From the NCBI GenBank assembly GCA_039588215.1, contig JBDHAD010000039.1, positions 4,320 to 68,319 on the forward strand: a DNA stretch of 64,000 nt, written 5' to 3'. A program made the translations under genes and the position numbers. Source of the stretch: Gemmatimonadota bacterium. Its GTDB lineage: Bacteria; Gemmatimonadota; Gemmatimonadetes; Palauibacterales; Palauibacteraceae. Shown one piece after another: positions 58,463 through 64,000 of this stretch. The notes under the pieces are model-generated. The model was not told where the DNA came from, ran no database searches, and was given only the letters and a program-made list of their open reading frames with translations. The stretch's first letter is position 1. Every line of letters starts with the position of its first letter.

Positions 58463-60615
58463 GCGGTCCGGGCCGGAGTTCTGAGGTGTCCACTGTTCCC
58501 CAGGCGATCGATCTTTCCGAGCCTGGAACGTCCTCCGGACCGGACGAAGTCGAAACGCAGCTCGAGTTGCAGCGGAGGATCCTGGAGACGCTGGCAGCGC
58601 GGGAGCGAGAGGTACGCGAGCTACGGCACAAGTTGGAGGAGTTCGAGGGGTCCGGAGAGCGCGTCGCCGCGGGATCGTTGAACGCTGCGGTGATCCTCCC
58701 TGCGCTCGAGACGGAGTGCGCGCGGTTGCGCGAGCTGTGGCTCACCGCCCGCGAGCGGTTGACCGAGCTGGAGGAGCGGCTGTGCCACGCCGGGACGGAT
58801 TCGGCGCCAAGGGCTCGCTCGCGAACGACTCGGCTGCCTGACCCGGCCCGAGGGTGGGACTCCCGGGCGGCGGACGAGGTCACGCGCGCCCCGGGCTCGC
58901 TGGCGGCGTGCACGATCATCGGGCGCAACTACCTGGCTCAGGCGTGCGCCCTGTTCGAGAGTCTTCGCAGGCACGAGCCGACCACGCGGCTCTATCTGCT
59001 CGTCGTCGACGCGGGTCCCGAGGACGTGGATCCGGGACCCGGGGTCACGGTGGTCGACCCGCGCCGCCTGGCCGTGCCCGACTTCGCAGAGATGTCGTTC
59101 AAATACGATGTCGTCGAGTTCAATACGGCCGTGAAGCCGTACTTCCTCTCGCTCCTCATGCGCGAGCACGGAGAGGAGCTCGTCGTGTACTTCGATCCCG
59201 ATATCATCGTGATGCGGCGCCTGGAGGAGCTTCGCGCGGCGCTCGCCGACGCGAGCATCGTTCTCACGCCACACATCACGCGTCCGATCCCCTCGGACGG
59301 GCTGACCCCGAGTGAGCAGGACATCATGGTCTCCGGCGCCTACAACCTGGGGTTCATTGGACTGCGCGGGACCGAGGAGAGCTTGCGCTTCCTACGGTGG
59401 TGGGAGGAGCGCCTGGCCGATGGATGCCGGATCGACGTGCCTAACGGGTTGTTCACGGACCAGAAATGGATCGATCTCGTACCCGGCCTGTTCCCCGACA
59501 CGCGGATACTACGCGATCCAACTTATAACGTCGCGTTCTGGAACCTGCACGAACGCGAGGTGGAACAGTCGGGCGCGGACTACCTGGTAAACGGTCGGCC
59601 TGCGGCGTTCTTCCACATCAGCGGGTTTGATCCGCAAGCGCCGGATCAGCTCTCGAAGCACCAGACCCGCATGAAGGTGGAGCCAGGGAGCGGGCTCGAC
59701 TCACTCCTTCGGAACTATGCCGAGCAGTTGCTCGATCATGGGTGGCGCGAGTCGAGCGCCGTCGAGTACGGCTTCGCACGCTTCGAAAACGGGGCTACGA
59801 TTCACCCGCTACTCCGCAAGCTCTACCTCCAGCTGGGATCGGAAGGCCGCTCCGCCTTCGCCGACCCGTTTCGCGCGGGCGGACCGGGCACCTTCCTGGA
59901 GTGGGCCACGACTCCACGGCCTGAACACGCCGGACTGAGCTACTTCCTGCAGGAGGTCTATCGCGCACGGATCGACCTGCAGGAGGCATTTCCCGACGTG
60001 AAGGGACGCGATCGGGACGGGTTTGTGACGTGGGCTCGCATCCAGGGGCCGGTCGAGATGGAGTACGGGCCCGAGCTCGTGCGTCTTCCCGAGGAGGGTG
60101 CCGAGGTGGGAGTGGCGCCGGCCGAGCCGACGACGGAAGGCAGCGAGGGCTCGGTGCTTGAATGGCCGGACGCCCTTCGAGCGACGCCCCGACACTACGA
60201 TGGACTAGTGGACCGGATCCGCGAGATCGTGGACGAGTCACTACCGCAAGGGGCCACCGTGGCCGTCGTCAGCCGTGGTGACTATCGGCTCATGCACCTG
60301 GGCGGGCGACAGGCGTGGCACTTCCCGCGCGCCGAGAACGGGCTGTACGCCGGGTTCCATCCCCGGGAGAGCCGCGACGCGATCGAGCATCTGAAGACAC
60401 TCCGGGAGGCGGGCGCCGACTTCCTCCTGTTCCCCGAGACCAGCCTGTGGTGGCTCGATTTCTATAACGAATTCCGGGTGTATCTCGACGGTCGGTATGC
60501 GGTGGCCGTCGAGCACCCTGAAGCGTGTCTGATCTACGATCTTCGTGACAGGGCGGTGCCCGAGAAGGGCGCGCTCGGGCGCGCAATGGCGAGAGACGAA
60601 CGGAGGGTCACATGA
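58459..60615 (+). CDS. Coiled coil plus GT-A-like domain plus unknown C-terminal domain
   Basis: CTIIGRNY, EFNTAVKP, YFDPD, LTPH, YNLGF, DQKW, YNVAFWN. Confidence 0.7.
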   Translation: MSGPGRSSEVSTVPQAIDLSEPGTSSGPDEVETQLELQRRILETLAAREREVRELRHKLEEFEGSGERVAAGSLNAAVILPALETECARLRELWLTARERLTELEERLCHAGTDSAPRARSRTTRLPDPARGWDSRAADEVTRAPGSLAACTIIGRNYLAQACALFESLRRHEPTTRLYLLVVDAGPEDVDPGPGVTVVDPRRLAVPDFAEMSFKYDVVEFNTAVKPYFLSLLMREHGEELVVYFDPDIIVMRRLEELRAALADASIVLTPHITRPIPSDGLTPSEQDIMVSGAYNLGFIGLRGTEESLRFLRWWEERLADGCRIDVPNGLFTDQKWIDLVPGLFPDTRILRDPTYNVAFWNLHEREVEQSGADYLVNGRPAAFFHISGFDPQAPDQLSKHQTRMKVEPGSGLDSLLRNYAEQLLDHGWRESSAVEYGFARFENGATIHPLLRKLYLQLGSEGRSAFADPFRAGGPGTFLEWATTPRPEHAGLSYFLQEVYRARIDLQEAFPDVKGRDRDGFVTWARIQGPVEMEYGPELVRLPEEGAEVGVAPAEPTTEGSEGSVLEWPDALRATPRHYDGLVDRIREIVDESLPQGATVAVVSRGDYRLMHLGGRQAWHFPRAENGLYAGFHPRESRDAIEHLKTLREAGADFLLFPETSLWWLDFYNEFRVYLDGRYAVAVEHPEACLIYDLRDRAVPEKGALGRAMARDERRVT

Positions 60616-61457
60616 GTCGTAGCCTGCACGCAGCCGCCGACCTGGCGGAGCCGGGATGCCTGACGCCCAACCCGGTCTTCGTGATCGGGTCACCTCGCTC
60701 CGGTACCTCGATCCTCGCCAAGTCCCTGGGTATACACAGCCAATTCTGGAGCGCTGACGAAACGCAGTTGCTCTGGGACCTGTTCCAGGACGACCGGGTG
60801 GCCGCACACTACCGACGAGGCGACTTGAGCTGGCTTCAACGACAGGGCGTCAGCCCGCGGGAGTTTCTCGCCTACCTCGGGCTCGGGCTGAACGTCCTCC
60901 TGACGGAGCGAGCGAAAGGCCGCCGGTGGATCGACGACACACCGATCTACGCACTCATCGTGGACCGCGTGGCCGCCCTGTTCCCGGGTGCCCGATTCCT
61001 GCACATCCTGCGTGACGGACGGCAGGTCGTCCGGTCGATGATGAACTACCTCAACATCTATCAAGGCGATCCCGCCACGATCCCATGGGCGAGCGACTTT
61101 CGGGCCGCCTGCGTCGCGTGGCGCGCCCACGTGGAGTCGGCCCTAGGCTTCGAAGAGGATGAGCCTGACCGGTTGCTGACGGTCATGTACGACCGGATGG
61201 TCGGCGACCCCGAGGGACAGTTCCAAGAGATCCTGCGCTTCCTCGACGCTCCCCTGGAAGACGGCCCGGCGGAGTGTTTCCGATCCACCCGCATCAACTC
61301 GAGCTTCCAAGGCAAGGAAGCGCCCCGCCCCGCGTCGGAGCCGTGGCAGGAGTGGTCTGCTGAAGAGCGCGGGATCTTCTGCGAGGAGGCCGGGGAGATT
61401 CTCGTGCGTACGGGGTTCGCGGAGACAGCGGAGCTCGAACTGCTGACGGCCTGCTGA
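60612..61457 (+). CDS. Sulfotransferase
   Basis: GSPRSGTS 5'-PAPS loop; RDGRQVVRS 3' motif. Confidence 0.85.
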   Translation: MSRSLHAAADLAEPGCLTPNPVFVIGSPRSGTSILAKSLGIHSQFWSADETQLLWDLFQDDRVAAHYRRGDLSWLQRQGVSPREFLAYLGLGLNVLLTERAKGRRWIDDTPIYALIVDRVAALFPGARFLHILRDGRQVVRSMMNYLNIYQGDPATIPWASDFRAACVAWRAHVESALGFEEDEPDRLLTVMYDRMVGDPEGQFQEILRFLDAPLEDGPAECFRSTRINSSFQGKEAPRPASEPWQEWSAEERGIFCEEAGEILVRTGFAETAELELLTAC

Positions 61458-61479
61458 GCGGAAGTACGGGCCGGCGATC

Positions 61480-62862
61480 ATGCCTGCGGCGGTGCGCATC
61501 AGCGTATGCATCCCAACCCGAGACCGGGCTGCATACCTGCGAGAGGCGCTACAAAGCGTGCTCATCCAGGAAGTCGACGGTCTCGAGGTCGTCGTGTGCG
61601 ACGACGGCTCTCGGGACGAAACTCCGGCCTTCCTGGGCGGGCTGGAGGATCCAAGGGTTCGTCGTCTCAGCCGGGCCCGTCCGGGCGGGGTCGCGGCAGC
61701 GCGGAACGCCTGCCTCGCGGTCGCCCGGGGAGAGTTCATCACCTGGCTCGACTCGGACGACTTGTACGAGCCCGGAGCCCTCGCCGAGCTGGCGGCCGTC
61801 CTGGAGGCGGACGCGACCATCGGGATGGTACACGCCGCGCACCACGTCATCGATGCACACGGCGCACCGCTTCCCGATTGGCCACAGGTGTTCAAGACCG
61901 ACCGCGTGGAGGAGGGCCACGAGGCGTTTGCCGAGCTGGTGCTCGAGAACTACGTGGCGGCCCCGACCGTGATGGTCCGCCGGAGCGCTCACGAGCGCGT
62001 CGGCCCGTACGACGAGGTGCTCGAGCAAGGCGAAGACTGGGAGATGTGGCTCCGCCTGACCCTGGACGCCGGGATCGCGTACCGAGCCGAGCCGCTCGCC
62101 CGCTACCGGTATCACTCGCGTTCCCTGTCGGGGTCGTCCCGCCGCTCTCTCGCCGCGGTACACGCCGATACGCGCGTGATCGAGCGGCTGTTCGCCCATC
62201 ACGGTGATCGGATGCCGGCGCGTGAGCGCCACCGTCGGCGGGCCGAGCTGGCGCTCGCCGCTCGTGCCCTGAACGCCGTTGGCGAGAGCTACACGCGCGG
62301 TGATGACGCGAACGCGATGAGGGCGGCTCGCTTCTCGGGCGAGCGCGCGGCCACGCTGGACAGGTCATCGCTGGCAGCGCTCATCGCCTCAATCGAGCGC
62401 AGGGACGACTACGGGGTGCACGAGACAGCGCGCTTGTTACTTCGCAGTCTCGCGGTGGAACTCGAAGGATCACGGTTCGCCGCACGCCTGCGAGCCCGGA
62501 TCGAGCCGGATCCGGCTTGGTGCCGTACGCTTGGCGAGATCGCCACGATCGTCCGACGCATCGTGCCTGCGGAGGCCCAGATGGCAGTCGTCGATAAGTG
62601 GGATCCGACGCTTCGGCAGCTGAGCGGCCGGACTGGTCGCACGTTCCCCGACCGCCGACAGCTTCCCGATGGGTATCCACGCGAGAGCGCGACAGCCAGG
62701 GGACACCTGGAGGCCATGCGGGCCGAGGGAGTGCAGTACCTCGTGTTCACGGTGGCCACACGCTGGTGGCTTGACCACTACGAAGAGTTCGCGAGATACC
62801 TCGCCCGGAGCTATCGCCTCGCATGGGAGGATCCACGATGCGTGATCTACGACCTCAGGTGA
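61480..62862 (+). CDS. GT2 glycosyltransferase plus unknown C-terminal domain
   Basis: CDDGSRD, WLDSDD, EDWEMW. Confidence 0.85.
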   Translation: MPAAVRISVCIPTRDRAAYLREALQSVLIQEVDGLEVVVCDDGSRDETPAFLGGLEDPRVRRLSRARPGGVAAARNACLAVARGEFITWLDSDDLYEPGALAELAAVLEADATIGMVHAAHHVIDAHGAPLPDWPQVFKTDRVEEGHEAFAELVLENYVAAPTVMVRRSAHERVGPYDEVLEQGEDWEMWLRLTLDAGIAYRAEPLARYRYHSRSLSGSSRRSLAAVHADTRVIERLFAHHGDRMPARERHRRRAELALAARALNAVGESYTRGDDANAMRAARFSGERAATLDRSSLAALIASIERRDDYGVHETARLLLRSLAVELEGSRFAARLRARIEPDPAWCRTLGEIATIVRRIVPAEAQMAVVDKWDPTLRQLSGRTGRTFPDRRQLPDGYPRESATARGHLEAMRAEGVQYLVFTVATRWWLDHYEEFARYLARSYRLAWEDPRCVIYDLR

Positions 62863-64000
62863 CGGAGCTCCACCGTGACCCGAACGAGGTCGCGGTCCAT
62901 CGGGTCAGTACGGTTGAAGCGCGTGAAGAAGAGGTAGAAGCGCGCATCGGTCGTGTCGAAGTTTCGGCCAGGCGAGTCGGGATCGAGAGCCGAGGGATAG
63001 CCGATGGGAGGCGGCCCGTCAGGATCGGCGTGACCACGGATCGGGGCCTCAAACAAGAGCGTTCGAGAGGTCCAACGCACGAGATCGTCCGACAGCGCGT
63101 AGTACACCCCGGCCGTCGTGTCGCCGGTCACCGCGTTGCGTTCCGTCCCGAGGCTGATGAGCAGAAAGCGGTCGAGCTGGGTGTTGTAGGTCAGGCTCGA
63201 AGTCATCTCCTTGATCTGCTCTCGCGAGACGGGCACCGGCCCGGCGTACCGTGTCGAGCGGTCTGGGTCGGCAGGGCCAGGCGGTTTCGTGCCGGCTGTG
63301 GGTCGAAGGAAGGACGCGAACTCGAGGCCGTCCCACCCACGCCAGCTCCCCGGATCGGCAAGGTCGTGCGTGCGGATCGCGGTGGTGCCTCTCGCGTACG
63401 GACCGTAACGCTAGTCCATCACGGGGGCTCCGCAGGATATTGCTGGGGCTGAAGGCGCCGGCGGGACCGCCCCCGGGCCGATACGGGCCTCCAGGCCCGA
63501 CGACCAGGTGCTCTGGAGACGGGCGATGCTGGTAGCTGTCGCCCCCGTCAACCGAAGCAGCCAGCGTGATCGCGTTCTGCCAGCAGGGGCGGTACTCACC
63601 CAGAGGGCAGCGCCCGAGGTGTCGGTGCCCGTGATACTCCGCGTGGACCAGGGCGTAGACCGTCCGTCCGTCGGACGTATAGGTCGAATAGAGCCACTCG
63701 TGGTCGTCGAAGCGCGTCGGGTCTGGGTCGTGATCCGAGCTGAAAACCACCGCACAGTCGCGTCGCAGGTCGTCGAGCTCCGGGCCGATCCAGCGACGAG
63801 CCCGGTGATGACTCGCGAGGAGCTGAACGCGATTCTCTGCGTCCCGGAAAGCGCGGGCCGGCGCGTCGGGGATGTCCTCGAGCTCGCACGCGTCACGGCT
63901 CCAGTCGAAGACGACGGACTCTTCCCCGGCCACGACGAACGAGGGCTCGCCCTCCGGCCGGCCGGCGAGGAGCCACACCGCCGCGGCCGCGACGAGCAGC
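62847..64000 (-). pseudogene. Frameshifted hypothetical protein (5' end outside window)
   Basis: Frame 1 reads to ...SNILRSPRDG (~63415); a plausible continuation IRTHDLADPGSWRGWDG...EMTSSLTY lies in another frame ending at 62847. Confidence 0.6.

Overview
GC-rich bacterial chromosome segment. The gene families and lipoprotein signal style suggest Gemmatimonadota (inference). 1-18.5 kb: housekeeping and periplasmic enzymes (Tat epimerase, MmuM, Ser/Thr kinase-TPR, penicillin acylase, VPS10/BNR protein, GMC oxidoreductase pair, PAS-GGDEF-EAL, sulfotransferase, DUF4097-like lipoprotein). 18.6-34.1 kb: a ~15.5-kb element integrated in tRNA-Arg(TCG) and bounded by a 43-bp direct repeat. It encodes a tyrosine integrase, excisionase-like HTH, replication-initiator-like protein with iterons, repressor, TerS-like and TerL proteins, and no recognisable portal, capsid or tail genes. 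Its cargo region (22.0-28.5 kb) is the most unusual part of the window. Foreign DNA pieces (a truncated surface-protein gene, an integron cassette, a sulfatase, attC-like halves, half a tRNA-Leu, and a lipoprotein sharing its leader motif with a chromosomal gene) alternate with full or partial copies of one ~180-bp repeat that has two fixed boundaries. This is a candidate gene-capture array. 34.3-43.2 kb: pilin-like cluster with two HAMP-GAF-HD-GYP paralogues. 43-51 kb: S41 peptidase, DUF222/HNH gene with upstream tandem repeats, NCS2 permease, cytochrome c. 51-64 kb: glycan operon (GH-GT2 fusion, ABC exporter, glycosyltransferases, sulfotransferase) and a frameshifted gene. All family calls come from motifs read by eye; no searches were run.
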